Shown piece by piece: positions 1-12,840 of a stretch of 64,000 nt of DNA. This DNA is from Octopus sinensis (taxonomy: Eukaryota), in contig NC_043000.1 in the NCBI RefSeq assembly GCF_006345805.1, positions 106,950,001-107,014,000 of the forward strand, given 5' to 3'. The position numbers and the translations under genes are program-made. Each line of letters starts with the position of its first letter. Within the stretch, counting starts at the first letter, position 1. The notes under the pieces were generated by a model. That model was not told the DNA's origin. It searched no databases and was given only the letters and a program-made list of their open reading frames with translations.

Positions 1-212
1 GAACCATGCGCCTTCACTACTTTATTATCTGTGTTCTTATTTGAGACAGGGAGATTGTGTGGCTGCTTCTTTCATGTCCAACGTACACATAACGGCTACT
101 TGAACTGGAGTCAAAAGGGAATATATTTGTTAACAGCAATATGTGGATCTCAATAAGAGGTAAGATGAATGGTGATTGAACGGCGGTACATTTTAAATAG
201 CATGTGTAACTG

Positions 213-372
213 GAACGTGGCTGTGTGGTAAGAAGTTTGCTTCCTAACCATAAGGCCCCAGGTTCATTTCCACTGTATGGTACCTTGGACTAATGTCTTC
301 TACTTTAACCTCAGGCCGATCAAAGAGACTTGTGAGTAGATTTGGTAGACAGAAACTGAAAGGAATTCGTTG
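213..372 (+). mobile_element. tRNA-headed SINE, working family A, 5' half
   Basis: cgtggctgtgtggtaagaag (A-box-like) ... ggttca (B-box-like) ... gatttggtagacagaaactgaa; same sequence recurs at 2390, 19763, 23253, 30608, 40748, 62606. Confidence 0.85.
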
Positions 373-390
373 TGTATAAATAATAAATAA

Positions 391-444
<54 letters not shown>

Positions 445-449
445 GTGTG

Positions 450-488
<39 letters not shown>

Positions 489-492
<4 letters not shown>

Positions 493-876
493 GAGGCGCA
501 ATGGCCCAGTGGTTAGGGCAGCGGACTCGCGGTCGTAGGGTCGCGGTTTCGATTCCCAGACCCGGCGTTGTGAGTGTTTATTGAGCGAAAACACCTAAAA
601 GCTCCACGAGGCTCCGGCAGGGGATGCTGGTGATCCCTGCTGTACTCTTTCACTACAACTTTCCCTCACTCTTACTTCCTGTTTCTGTTGTACCTGTATT
701 TCAAGGGGCCGGCCTTGTCACTCTCTGTGTCACGCTGAATATCCCCGAGAACTGCATTAAGGGTAAACGTATCTGTGGAGTGCTCAGCCACTTACACGTT
801 AATTTCACGAGCAGGCTGTTCCGTTGATTCGGATCAACCGGAACCCTCGTCGTCGTAACCGACGGAGTGCTTCCGT
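489..876 (+). mobile_element. tRNA-headed SINE, working family B, 3' tail type 1
   Basis: ggaggcgcaatggcccagtggttagg ... ggtttcgattccc (A/B boxes); head and core shared with 6445 and 56741; ends in (TA)n. Confidence 0.85.
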
Positions 877-890
877 ATATATATATATAT

Positions 891-2060
891 AGAAGGTGTT
901 TGCAATGCACAGGTTTTTATTTATGCAGAATTCTAAGAGTCTCTGGCGATTCTCATTGATTTTCCGCAGTCTAAACTGTTCAAGGCAGCTGGACCATGCT
1001 TGGTGATCAGTGCCTACTCTCGCATTGAAATCGCTCACAAGAAAGAGTTGGTCTGCCTTTGGGACACTGTTGATCACATCCTGAAGTTCCTCGTAGAACT
1101 GATCTTTCTTCTCATTTTCTGCTGTTAGAATCGGGGCTAGGCACTAATGAGATGGGCCCTTTCAGTTTTAGTCCCCACTTCCATGATAGTGATGCGTTCA
1201 GATATGTCTCGAGGAGTACTGATCTTGTTCAGCAATCTGTTGTGCACTGCGAACCCCACACTATGGATTCTTTCCCTAATGGAACCAGAGTCAGCAAGTC
1301 ATGTCTTTTGCAGGGCAGTGATGTCTACATTCAGCCGTGTCAATGATTGCCGTTTTCCTGATGTCCTCTGTTTTGTCCAGGTCGGTAATGTCATTTCCGG
1401 TTGTCATTGTTCTGACATTCCAGGTCCCCAGTTTCAATGGGGTCAACTTCAATTTTCTTCCTTTTTTGCCAGGTGCTGGGTTTACGTCTGCTTTTTGGCT
1501 TTTGTCCAGCGGAGAGACGTGCTGGATCATCACCTTCCTGACTGGGGACTGCCCAGTTTAAGGCGGGCGGTAGCTGATCAGTGCGATTGAACAATCACTC
1601 CCATCATCGAAGATGACTCGTGGCGACATCCCGCTTCACCAAATAAGGATGTCTTATAACCCGCAATCTGACACTCCCGTGTTGTTTCCCTTGCCCTGTT
1701 ACAGCAAGGATGATGTGTCCTCTCCATATGCTCTCTTCTTTTTCTTTTTTTTTTTTTTTTTGAATCGTCTTCTCAGAAATTCTAAGTCCTTGGCTAAGCT
1801 AAATGTCTGGGCGCGGAATATATGGAGTACGTGCCTTACCCAATTTGCACGACCCCACCTCTCGACTTCACTGATTTAGTCCAAGGGAGAAGCAAGGTCA
1901 ATACATTCGGAACCAGCAAAGTTGCAGGGGCTGTCAGAAGATAGTTTGGATCATTTCTCCCCATCAACTGCCTTAGAGGCCTTCTCTCCGGATTTTCTGT
2001 TTGGTTTTACTCCCTTAGCCTTTCATACTCCGGTATATGTCTACAAGGTAGCAGAAACAG
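891..2060 (-). mobile_element. RTE-clade LINE 5' fragment (5'UTR plus degenerate APE endonuclease)
   Basis: Minus-strand LKLGTWNVRTM (ORF 1291-1533) and SDFNARVG...NENRQRLLEFC...LCIANTF (ORF 805-1077) are RTE-type endonuclease motifs; frameshifted and truncated; upstream limit approximate. Confidence 0.85.
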
Positions 2061-2389
2061 CCGCAGGTTGTACCATCTGTTGTCATTTTGGTAGCAGCAC
2101 TAGTCTGACCTGTAGCCAATATCTACACCTGAAAGAGGTATCGTAAAGGGCTTGTAAATTATGTTTGTAATTAACACTAAAATATTTGCTACTCTAAGAA
2201 CACCTTCACAAGGTAACTCCTTGGAAACAACTACACTATATGCAGACACGTAGAACTTTCCCTTTTTTTATTTTTGTCTCTCGGTTACTAAAGTAATAAT
2301 GCTCTATGAAGACAAAGGGAAAAAATCAGAAAACTTTTCCATGAATTTCTTCCAGAATATTGGAGCGAGAGTGGCTCTGTGATATAAAT

Positions 2390-2720
2390 TTTGCTTCCCA
2401 ACCGGATAGTTCTGGGTAATTCTCACAGCATGGGTCTCTTCTACTATAACTTCGGATCGACCAAAGCCTTGTAAGTGGATTTGGTAGACGGAAACTGAAA
2501 GAAGCCTATTATCGCATGTGTGTTTGTGTGTGTGTCCACCACCGTATAACGACCAGTTTGTTTCGGTAACTTGACAGTTTACCAAAGAGATCGATGGAAT
2601 AAGTACCAGGTGTTAAAGTAATATGTCCTGGGATTGATTCTTTCGACTAAAACCCTTCGCGGCGGTGCCCCAGCATGGACGCAGTCAAATGACTAAAATA
2701 GGTAAAAGATAAACGATACA
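2390..2720 (+). mobile_element. SINE family A, decayed copy with head and tail
   Basis: gcttcccaacc ... ggatttggtagacggaaactgaaagaagcc ... (TG)n ... ccagcatggacgcagtcaaatgact. Confidence 0.75.
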
Positions 2721-3044
2721 GATAATCAGATTGTATCTATGATAAATGCTTCGTTTCATAGGATGTTTAATTTATGCACCTCAAATTGTCATGCTGACGA
2801 TTTCTAAAATGGATGAAGTTAATGCTTACATGATTAACAATGATTAGAAATTTTAACAACGTCAGATAAGGAAGCAAAAACAATTGAGAAGTATATTTTA
2901 TGGTTCTTCTTCCGTATATCTTAATTTCAAATCCAAACTTTTAATCCCGTCAAATATTATGAAGAAATGGTTATCTTTCTCGTACTAACTTACCGCTAGT
3001 GGACTCAACACGTTTGAAAATATATTTTCTTCAGAAAATCTTAC

Positions 3045-3499
3045 AATCAACTTTTATTTTCTGTCTTACAAGTGTTTAATGTGGCCACCACTTGCAGCGC
3101 GGACAACATCAATTCGATAAGAGAATTCCTCCCAGACACGAATCAGCGTATCACAATCCACTGACTTGATCGCTGTTGTTATTCGATGTTTAAGGTCATC
3201 GAGGTTAGAGGGTAGCGGTGGAGCATAAACGCGATCTTTTACATATCTCCACAAGAAAAAAGTAACACAGGGTGAGGTCTGGAAATTTCGCAGGCCAAGC
3301 ACAAAGAGCGTCTAGGAGGAATTCTCTCATCGCATTGATGTTGCCCGCGCTGCAGGGGGTAGCCACATTGAACACTTGTAAGACAGGAAATAAAAGTTGA
3401 TTACAAGTAAATACTTGTAACTTAACTGGAGTTTCTATTGCTTTTCCTTATTGAAATATTGCGTAATGAAATCAGTTCATTTTTTTCAATAACCCTGTA
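3045..3499. mobile_element. Tc1/mariner-superfamily transposase C-terminal fragments in opposite orientations, plus right TIR
   Basis: Minus FFLWRYVKDRVYAPPLP...YRIDVVRAASGGHIKHL* (3066-3302); plus EEFSHRIDVARAAGGSHIEHL* (about 3316-3381); ends caataaccctgta (revcomp tacagggttattg, Tc1-type terminus). Confidence 0.75.
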
Positions 3500-3773
3500 T
3501 TATTGATGTTATTCCCGCAAGATCTGGTACATATTCTTGACTGTTGGACTTACTTAAGAATGAAGAATTAAATACGATATGACAGATACAGGAAAACTGA
3601 TTACATAACCTGACAGAGAAGAATTTAATAATATGGCTTGAGATCGTAGGTTTCAAGCCAAAACTGGAATTGGTAAAACCATAGCTCATTATCCGTATAG
3701 TATTTGTTTGGCTGTCTTTAAAACCGTTCTGAATGACATTCACGTGTTTTGCTTATAATAACCTCTCTCTTTC

Positions 3774-3822
<49 letters not shown>

Positions 3823-5400
3823 AGACAAGTAAATTTACATACTAATCGTAATACTATCATTTTATATTATTACATAGTAATACCCAACACTTTTACGATC
3901 TCGAGTGTATCACACCACCCATGAACAATGTTTTCGTCTCCTTCACACGTGTCAATAAAAACAAATAAGTCAAATCTTATTACTAGAATGTTTCTTTGAT
4001 TTGGCCGAGTTCCATATTGAAAATGTAATAATGTTCAACAGAAAAATATTTTGTACTTCTGTTTTCGATTATCCCTAATTGAATTAGGTAATTTTAATTG
4101 AAGAATAACAGATTTATTTGATATAAATATTTAATCAATCAATGCGCCCATTCTCATAAAGGATAGGATATAGAAAAACGAAGCAACTCATCTTTCTTTT
4201 TCTCTGTCTCCCGCTTTGTTTTTCTCCTTTCTACGCCCTCTCTCTCTCCCTCTCCCTTTCTCTCTGTTTTGTATAAGTCTGCTGCAGTAATTGTTATTGA
4301 AAGGAGCTTGTACATTAAGCAATTTAGTTAATTTAATAGAATTTTTAGCTTAATAGGATTTCTTTCCAAGATAATGCAAATTCCTGTAAGTTCTTGCGAA
4401 TATTAAAGCACTGAAATGATCTCATATCAGAAACTAACGTACAGCTGAAGCCGAAGAAGTGTATGAGAATAATCCTTAAATACATGTACACAGTACATGT
4501 TGCTGAAATAAGATTATACTCGAAAAACGTTGCTTTAATGATAACGCTATGCTCTAGTATATGAATTTCATTACAACTAATTTTAAATCTCCTTCTCAAA
4601 TTACCTCATTCAACAATAAGTGGGATGTTTCTGTTTTGTATATTGGCTGTCAATAATGATTTTTGAAACACAGAACTGCAATTTTCAGATGTGCAGCAGA
4701 ATTGAAGGTATAGTGCAGGAAATCGACGCACAGATGTTAACCCTAGTTTATAAATAGATTCTTTAGCCGGAGTTGGATTTGCAAATGTAACTTCTTCATC
4801 TACACTAAAGATTTTTAAGCAGCAAAATGTTACGGCTTAAAACTTTCACTTTCCAAGAAGACAAGGGATCCATTTCTTAGTTGTGGACGTGCCGTAACTG
4901 TAACTGCATCTCCTTTTAATCATACTCTACCATTGTTTTAAAAGCGGGAAATATATATTGCATAATGTAACTTGAGATATATTATGTGTAGAAATATGAC
5001 GGGAAATTTTACCGCGATAACAACTTTCAAAACATAATTCATGTTTCCCCTGCGAATATAATAAACGCAATTCTTCCTTGCAATTAGAAATTGCAGTTAC
5101 ATCGCAAGCATTATTCAGTGTTTAGAAGCTGTTTAAACCCAGCCGTTTGATTATAGTCCTACAGTTCTTCTGTTAGAATCTTTTGTATCACTGCAAGCTC
5201 TCGCCTGATTGGCTCTTCATCTCTATGACAAGAAACCATTTCCAACTGCAAGCTCTCGCCTGATTGGCTCTTCATCTCTATGACAAGAAACCATTTCCAA
5301 AAAACATTTTTGCATTTACTTTTTTTCAGAGTGTCTCCTTTTTAAGGTCTCCGTTTGGCTCGAAAGAGTTGTCATACCTCCTGAAACTCACATAGCAGTA
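3500..5400 (-). pseudogene. Decayed leucine-rich-repeat-like coding relic
   Basis: Minus-strand peptides KISCNEIHILEHSV and KNLQEFALSWKEI (ORF 4345-4599), and NQFSCICHI, resembling an LRR C-cap (ORF 3486-3743); many stops and frameshifts; limits approximate. Confidence 0.45.
5190..5299. repeat. Exact 55-bp tandem duplication
   Basis: actgcaagctctcgcc...aaaccatttcca at 5190-5244 and 5245-5299. Confidence 0.95.
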
Positions 5401-5457
5401 TTTCGTTTTTGTAAAAAAGAAAAGAATACGTTGCATAGTCTATTTCGACATTGACTA

Positions 5458-5813
5458 TCTCTATATATAAAAACGGCAAAATGTGTGTGTGTGTGTGTGT
5501 CCTTTATACAAATCCACAACTTTTCAGTTAGAGGGCTCGTACTTTCTATGGTCATTCAAAACCGTCCAAGGGTGGTCGTGCACATATTTATATTTCCCCA
5601 GTTACCCTGCAAAGCCATTAAAAAATCAATAGAAGTGACTTTTTTGTGAATTTTCTATCCAAAACCCAATCAAAATGCCTGAAACTTGATACGCCAATTG
5701 AATGCCAGCTAGCTGTATGTGATTGGTCGGAGATTTGGACAGTACTCGCGTGTATGTGCGTACGCACGCAGCTGCATATGCATGCACCAGCACTATGACC
5801 CGGTAAGTGCTAG
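5458..5813 (+). mobile_element. Non-autonomous Helitron-like element
   Basis: A|TC start, tatatataaaa plus (TG)n near 5' end, subterminal hairpin agcact...agtgct, CTAG|T end. Confidence 0.7.
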
Positions 5814-6444
5814 TTCTCAATAAAAAGGAAGGGTGATCATGGTTCAAATGACATCAATCATAATTCTGCTTGATTAAGACTGACCTAGCGGGGATGTTAG
5901 CAACAACCACCAAATTAATTTTGAGAGGAAAATTCAAACTGGAAACATCTCATAGGTGGGGTACGAGATACAACTCTATAAGTATATTCGAAGTCATTGT
6001 GGTTCAATTGTATTTGCGAGACCGTATAAAAGAGAAAAATTTAAAATTACATTTATTCTAGCTTAATCTGTTGAAGAAACGAAATATTACATGCACAGAT
6101 TTCTTATATGCATTTCTTTCGCTGTTATTTTGTTGAATTGAAATATTTTAAAATTCTGGTAATGTTTGCAAATATATGCTGGTCTTTATCTTAACTTGGA
6201 AACCAATTTTAAAGTTTTATTAGATTCTACTAAATTGTCTAACGTGTTTAATGTACAAACTCTTTCCACTCTTTCCTATAAGTTCTACAGTTGCAATAAA
6301 CGAAGTTCAAGAGAAAGAGAGAGACGGAGACTCAGAGAGAATCTAATTATATATTGTACTACACACGATGCTATATGCTTTCCATGAAATAATCAACTGA
6401 ATTAACAAGTGCTTGTACATATACATATGCATGTATGCATATGT

Positions 6445-6720
6445 GGAGGCGCAATGGCCCAGTGGTTAAGGCAGCCGACTCACGGTCGGAAGATCGCGGT
6501 TTCGCTTCCCAGACTGGGCGTTTTGTGTCTTTATTGAGCGAAAACACCTAAAAGCTCCACGAGGCTCCGGTAGGGAGTGGCGGCAACCCCTGTTGTACTC
6601 TTTCGCCACAACTTTCTCTCACTTTCTCTTCCTGTTTCTTGAGTAACGCTGCGATGGACTGGCGTCCCATCCAGCTGGGGGGAACACATACGCCACAGAA
6701 ACCGGCTTGAAAAGGGCGAC
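6445..6720 (+). mobile_element. SINE family B, 3' tail type 2
   Basis: Same head and core as 489; tail gagtaacgctgcgatggactggc...cacatacgccacagaaaccgg. Confidence 0.85.
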
Positions 6721-7361
6721 GTTATGTATGTATGCATGCATGCATGCATCGACAAGACTATTGGATGTTGTTATGCAGCGTTGTCACAATGTGTTTCCTC
6801 GTATTGTAGCTTTCGGATGCTGCTAGCCTGCTGGCTTGATGATCAGGTTAACATTTGTTAACATTTCCCAAGAACCGAACGCCATTCTATCGCAGGGTTA
6901 ACATGGTTTTTAAAGGAACCTGGGACTTGACAATCCACCCATAATTGAGACATAATTACTGAGACCAACAAATAAAATGGATAATAGTTAGCACATTCAA
7001 GTTCAGTGTAAGAGAGAAGTCAAATATATTGATCTTGCCCATAAACGCACTCACTCAATATGAAAGAAGAAACTTTTGCTACCTGCTCACAAGTGAAACA
7101 CTTCAAATTGCAAAACGTCAAACATATGGCACTCACAACCAAACATCACACATATATGCAAACATACGAACATGCATACAAACATACAATAAAGCACATA
7201 TGCAAACATACATACATACAAAAATGCATGCATATATACAAGGATAGATTCATTCATACTGTCATGCATACACTCATACATATATGCCTATACATAGATA
7301 CAGTGATAAATATATACACTCATTCCTGTATTCATATATCTACAGATACCTATAGTCATGC

Positions 7362-7409
<48 letters not shown>

Positions 7410-7415
7410 CTGTGT

Positions 7416-7463
<48 letters not shown>

Positions 7464-7529
7464 ATGTATGTATGTATATGGATTTGGTGATGAAAACAAG
7501 GGATGTAGAACTCATAACAAGTATATACA

Positions 7530-7748
7530 CCGAGCTGGCAGAATCGTTAGTACACCGGGCAAAATGCTCAGCTGCATTTCGTCCGTCTTTACATTGTGGG
7601 TTCAAATGCCGCCGGAGACGACTTCGCCTTTCATCATTTCGGGATCGATAACGTAAGTACCATAAAATAAGTAAAACTGGGGTCGATTTAATCGACTTAG
7701 CCCCTCCCCAGAAATTGCTGGCCTCGTGCCAAAATTTGAAACCAATAT
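7530..7748 (+). mobile_element. tRNA-headed SINE, working family D
   Basis: gagctggcagaatcgttag ... gggttcaaat ... gcctttcatcatttcgggatcgat ... ggggtcgatttaatcgac; many copies in window. Confidence 0.8.
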
Positions 7749-7781
7749 TTCGAAGACGCAGCAATTATATATAATAAATAG

Positions 7782-7829
<48 letters not shown>

Positions 7830-7931
7830 TGGTTTCAAATTTTTGTACAAGGCCAGATGCATTTTGTCCGATGTGCTAACGATTCTGTCAGATCACCAGC
7901 CTATGCATAAATACACACACACCACACGCAT

Positions 7932-7999
<68 letters not shown>

Positions 8000-8003
<4 letters not shown>

Positions 8004-9233
8004 GTTGGCAACTAAGTTACCACCGTGTTGTTTAACTTTGGAATTTATTGCGTTTTTAAATTTTGGAATCTATTTTTTCGAGAATTCTATTTTTGACTCA
8101 TTTTGGAATCTATTTTGATTTTGTTTTTGTTTTTTTCTAGTTAATTTTAGTTAATTTTTGTTTATTTTCAGATCATTCAAATAGAACCTCAAGTTAAGAA
8201 AAACAAGCATTTTCGACACCTCATTCTTCTTGCTTTTAATCAAGGTTCTAAGGCCGCAAAAGCTACTCGCGACATTTGTGCTGTGTATTGGTATGCCAAG
8301 TTCAAAAATGGAAATTTTGACCTCAAAGACGCACCTCGTTCTGGCCGTCCAGTTGAATTCGATGAAGTGCTATATAACCAACTTTTGCACGAAAATTCTC
8401 GTCAAACGACAAGGGAACTAGCAGAGAAAATGGAATGCTCCCACACTGCTATAGAGAAGCATTTTCACTCGATGAGAAAGGTTCAGAAGTATGGAGCATG
8501 GGTTCCGCATGCTTTAAGTGGCAGCAAAAATCAACAAGCCACAATCTCCGCTCAACTCATGGACACAAGCAACGAATCGTTACTGGCGACGAAAAGTGGT
8601 GCTTGTACATCAATATGAATCAGTATAAGTAATGGCTTAGCCCCGGTAAACAAGCGACACTGCACGTGAAACAAAATCTTTATTCGCGTAAAACGATGTT
8701 GTGCGTATGATGGGACTGGGAGGGATTATCCATTACGAATTGCTTGAACGGAACCAAATGGTCAACGCGGAACTCTATGTTCAACAGATGGAACAACTCA
8801 ACACGACTATTCAAGAGGAAAGACCTAATCGGCAGCATACAGTTCTTCTGCTGCACGACAACGCCTGCCCTCATATTGCCAATATGACCAAGGAAGCCAT
8901 TCAAACGCATGGCTGGGAAGTGCTGCCATACCCTCCGTACTCTCCTGATTTGGCACCAACAGATTTCCACCTCTTTCGATCTCTTTCAAATCCTAAGCAC
9001 ATAGTTTCGTTCAATACTGATGCAGAATTGAGAGCTTGGTTGGATCAATATTTCGAGTCGAAATCAGGTGATTTCTACCAACGAGGTATTGAAAATCTTG
9101 TTGAATGTTGGAAAAAAATTGTAAACAACAAGGGTGAATATTTTATTGATTAATTAGTTGTTATTTTTTTTATCAAACCTTTTTAAAAAATTTAAATTTA
9201 AAAAAAACGGCGGGAACTTAGTTGCCAACCCAA
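8000..9233 (+). mobile_element. Near full-length mariner (DD34D) element, inactivated
   Basis: 27-bp TIRs ttgggttggcaactaagtt(a/c)cc(a/g)ccgt, TA at both ends, 1234 bp long. Confidence 0.95.
8175..9153 (+). pseudogene. Mariner transposase pseudogene
   Basis: PRSGRP, WVPHAL, TGDEKW, HDNA and YSPDLAPTD motifs spread over ORFs 8283-8618, 8435-8632 and 8701-9153; deletions and frameshifts. Confidence 0.92.
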
Positions 9234-9238
9234 TATAT

Positions 9239-9572
9239 ATAATAAATCTCTGAGCGAGTTATAAACAGTAGCTGCACGACATCGTGAGGTATATTTGCCA
9301 CCAAAATCTGGCTAACCCTTAAGGGTCGATGCTACTGTAGCTTGTAGCCCCAGAAAGACATCTCCTCCAGCTGGCTATTGACACACTATCTGTGCTGTGT
9401 CAGTATTTGCAAAGGGACGTCATCGTTCCCACCTCCAGCCTTGCCTGATACACACAGACCCGAGTTTCTGAGTATTGCATTAGAGTGTGAGAACCACCGG
9501 TTGGCAATGGGAAGTGGTTCTCAATGCAAGTCGTACATCTACTGTTTATAACTCGCTCAGAGATTTATTATT
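9239..9572. mobile_element. MITE-like element with about 42-bp TIRs
   Basis: aataaatctctgagcgagttataaacagtag at left and its reverse complement at about 9530-9572. Confidence 0.75.
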
Positions 9573-9629
9573 GCTTCTTTGCACTTTTTCTAAATTAGTG
9601 AGTTTTCGTCACTGGAAAAAGTATATATA

Positions 9630-9897
9630 TTTGCATAGAGAACCACTTCCCATCGCCAACCGGTAGTTGTTATACGTCGATGACGGGTCAATACTCGGGT
9701 CCGTGTGTATCATGTCAGGCTGGAGATGGGAACGATGACTTCCCTTTGCAAATACTAATAGGGCACAGATAGTGTGTCAATAGCCAGCTGGAGGAGATCT
9801 CTTCCTGGGGCTACAAGCTACAGTAGTATCGACCCTTAAAGGTTAACCACATTTAGTGGTTAAAGGTTAGCCACATGTAAGTGGCAAATATACTTCA

Positions 9898-9902
<5 letters not shown>
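9630..9902 (-). repeat. Inverted second copy of the interior of the 9239-9572 element
   Basis: Reverse complement of about 9281-9530, with substitutions and indels; lacks the outer TIRs; TA-rich flanks. Confidence 0.85.
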
Positions 9903-9966
<64 letters not shown>

Positions 9967-10019
9967 GTGTATGTGTATATATATTGAATTACATATACAG
10001 GAATATAACACTGTTCTCT

Positions 10020-10400
10020 TTCTCCCCCATGACCTCTACTATCACCACCACAACCTCATGTATCTGTACCTCTATTGTCACCATCACCACTACTCTCATT
10101 ATCATCACCACGGCTACGACCACAACAACATTACCATGACTACCACAAGCTTCATTACCAATACTATCTTCACTACTAGCGCCACTAAAACACCAGACCA
10201 CCATCATTATCAGGAATGCCCCCACCAACGCCATCACAACTACGACCAGCTACAAAATCACGCCAGAATCTAACACTACTACCACCAACACTATCACCAA
10301 CAACATCACAACTATTCCCTCATTCGCTATCAACATCGTTATAAACACCCCCCCTAACCAACACTACCACCACTAACAAATGCCACCACCACCATGAATT
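10020..10400. repeat. ACC/ATC-rich low-complexity tract
   Basis: Degenerate trinucleotide repeats producing His/Thr-rich spurious ORFs. Confidence 0.8.
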
Positions 10401-11035
10401 ACCCTTTCTTCACGATATATTTTCATCACCCTTTTCGTCAGCCATTTTGTCTCATCCGCTCATGAATTTTTGCGTAGGACTATTTACAGCCCCCAATGAC
10501 ATATTATGTTCAAACATAGCATGTATATTCGCCGAGTTAATGTCTCTAGAGAACACGTGGTGTCAATGTTGCCTTGTTATATTAGGCGCCGATTTGACTG
10601 CTACGAGCATCGAAAAACTGTTGATTACCAGTGAAAAAAGGAAAAAAAAAGGAACTGACAGTTTAGGTAACTTAATTTTAGCAGCGGTCAGATCTTGGAA
10701 AGGAATAATTAAATTATTCTAAGTGCTTGAAGATAAAACGGTCAGAAAACAATCAAAAAGTTTGGGAACCGCTCTAAAAGTTTGAATATATAATTTTACA
10801 AATAATAAATATAAAATAATGATTGTGTATGTGTGTGAGTGTGTGTGTGTGTGCGTGCATGTGTGTGCGTGCATGTGTGTGTGTGCGAGCATGTGTGCGC
10901 GCTCGCGCGTGTTTGCGTGTATACTCACACATATATAGTAAGAGAGACAGAAAAATGTGTAAATATGTGTAAATACTTCGGCATTTCACATCCATATAAA
11001 CATCTCACATATACATAGGTATATAAAAAAATAAT

Positions 11036-11282
11036 AAATGCGCCCTTTTAAAGCCTAGCCAGGCTCATGGGCTCGGTTTCCTGGTTTCAGTGGCGTATGT
11101 GTTCCCCAGCAGGACGGGAGGCCAGTCCAGCGCAGCGTTACTCATTTTTGCCAGCTGAATGAACTGGAGTAACGTGTAATGAAGTGTTTTTGCTCAAGTA
11201 CACAACGCGTCGCCCGATCCAGGAATCGAAACCACAATCTTACGATCATGATGCTAACACCCTACCCACTAACCCACGCGCC
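11036..11282 (-). mobile_element. SINE with family-C head/core and tail type 2
   Basis: Revcomp ggcgcgtgggttagtgg ... ggtttcgattcc ... cttgagcaaaaacacttcatt ... gagtaacgctgcgctggactggc. Confidence 0.75.
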
Positions 11283-11298
11283 TACATAGGTATATATT

Positions 11299-11344
<46 letters not shown>

Positions 11345-11584
11345 TAATATGTAACAATTATTCGGTAGCCATCATAAAACTGTGGAAATCCACACGGCCA
11401 TCTCTTCAGTTATCTGGACATCGGAATAATACTATGAAAAATGACCGAAACTCGGAGTTTTATCATGGCTACCGAATAATTGTCACATTTTGTTTTTTCA
11501 AATAAATTCCTCTATTTACATAATATCGAGGTCTCTTTCATTCTTTTATTGTCTTACCATTTTTATCAATAAATATATATATAC

Positions 11585-11646
<62 letters not shown>

Positions 11647-12239
11647 GTGTGTTGTTTGTCTTGTTTTCCATTTGTGTCCTCCATTGTTCGAAAAAATAGT
11701 TCATATCCCATGTACTCTTACTTCGTATATTTCTTGTACACGTTTCGTGACGTCCTATGCCCACATATGCATATATATAAATATAAGTATAGATGTATGT
11801 ACATATACGTATGTGTATATGCATATATATATATATTATATTATTATTTGATTGAACGCCACGCATCCTCTTCCAAGTAAATTTTAGATATATATATATG
11901 TATACATAAACATATGTATGTATACATATATACATATATATATCTATATATAGAGAGATATTTATATATATATACATCCATATATATTCATACACACATA
12001 GACACACATATACATATATATTTATATATATATATACATATATACATATATATCATACATATATATATATACTAGCATTATGACACGTCGTTGCCGGATC
12101 ATAATGCTAGTGCATGTATATATGTGTATATATATATATATGTGTACATATTACATGTACATCTATATATATACATCTACACATAAAATACAAAATACAA
12201 AGTTATATCTTGATATCGCTAGTGATAACAATACTTAAA

Positions 12240-12840
12240 ATATATAACAGACTGGAATTGTAGGCCCGTCTCTTGCGATTTCGATCAATTGTATCATGTC
12301 CTCCCTCTTGTATAGAAGTGTGGCTACAATCCAGCCTACTTCTACTTCGTGGGGATGGACATTTAAAGTTTTTATCCGGGACATCCTACATCCCAGATAT
12401 AAAGGTAAAAATAAAATATTTCCACTTTGCAAGGTTCGAGTCGAGTACTCCCTTGCACGCTCCGTTGACTCTAACCTTGCTTCTATTGTGGCAAATTTAC
12501 CACCTCAGGTTAGATATCTTTCATAGTCACACCAAGACACTTTCCAATGGTGCCTTCCTCCAAGTGTTCAAATCTTTTTTTTTTTCTCTACATTGTATAC
12601 TTTATAGACAATAGTCTTTTCTTTAATTTAATTTTTTATTTCGTTTGGTGGTGTTATCCTAGATTCACCGTCTTCGTCGGTGATCAATCCGAAATAGGTT
12701 TGTATTTCTTCCATTTTAATTTTAATGATTTCGCGCCCGCCGATGGCTGCAACGAAATTCATTTTTGGACTTTCTTCTATCGAAGGCATTCTAACAAAAA
12801 TGCTTCCGTATAAACGGTGAAAATATTTCCCCAAACAGGG
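12240..12840 (-). mobile_element. Possible degenerate LINE ORF1 relic
   Basis: Protein-like minus-strand stretches (FLPLYLGCRMSRIKTLNVHPHEVEVGWIVAT; ITDEDGE); no diagnostic motif. Confidence 0.3.

Noticed and set aside
489-565. tRNA genes at SINE heads (families A-D)
   Set aside because: A/B-box-like motifs are present but there is no complete cloverleaf, and each continues into a repeated SINE body
2010-2020. HDV-like ribozyme at the RTE 5' end (minus strand GGCTAAGGGAG matches the J4/2-P2 end of the antigenomic HDV ribozyme as I recall it)
   Set aside because: I could not build P2, P3/L3 or P1.1 upstream; only a 5-bp P1-like pairing exists. An Infernal search on the family consensus would settle it
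8701-9153. Functional transposase gene
   Set aside because: Only the C-terminal third is open; upstream domains are split by deletions and frameshifts
9881-10273. His/Thr-rich 130-aa protein
   Set aside because: Starts in (TA)n and runs through ACC/ATC low-complexity sequence; no splice or homology support
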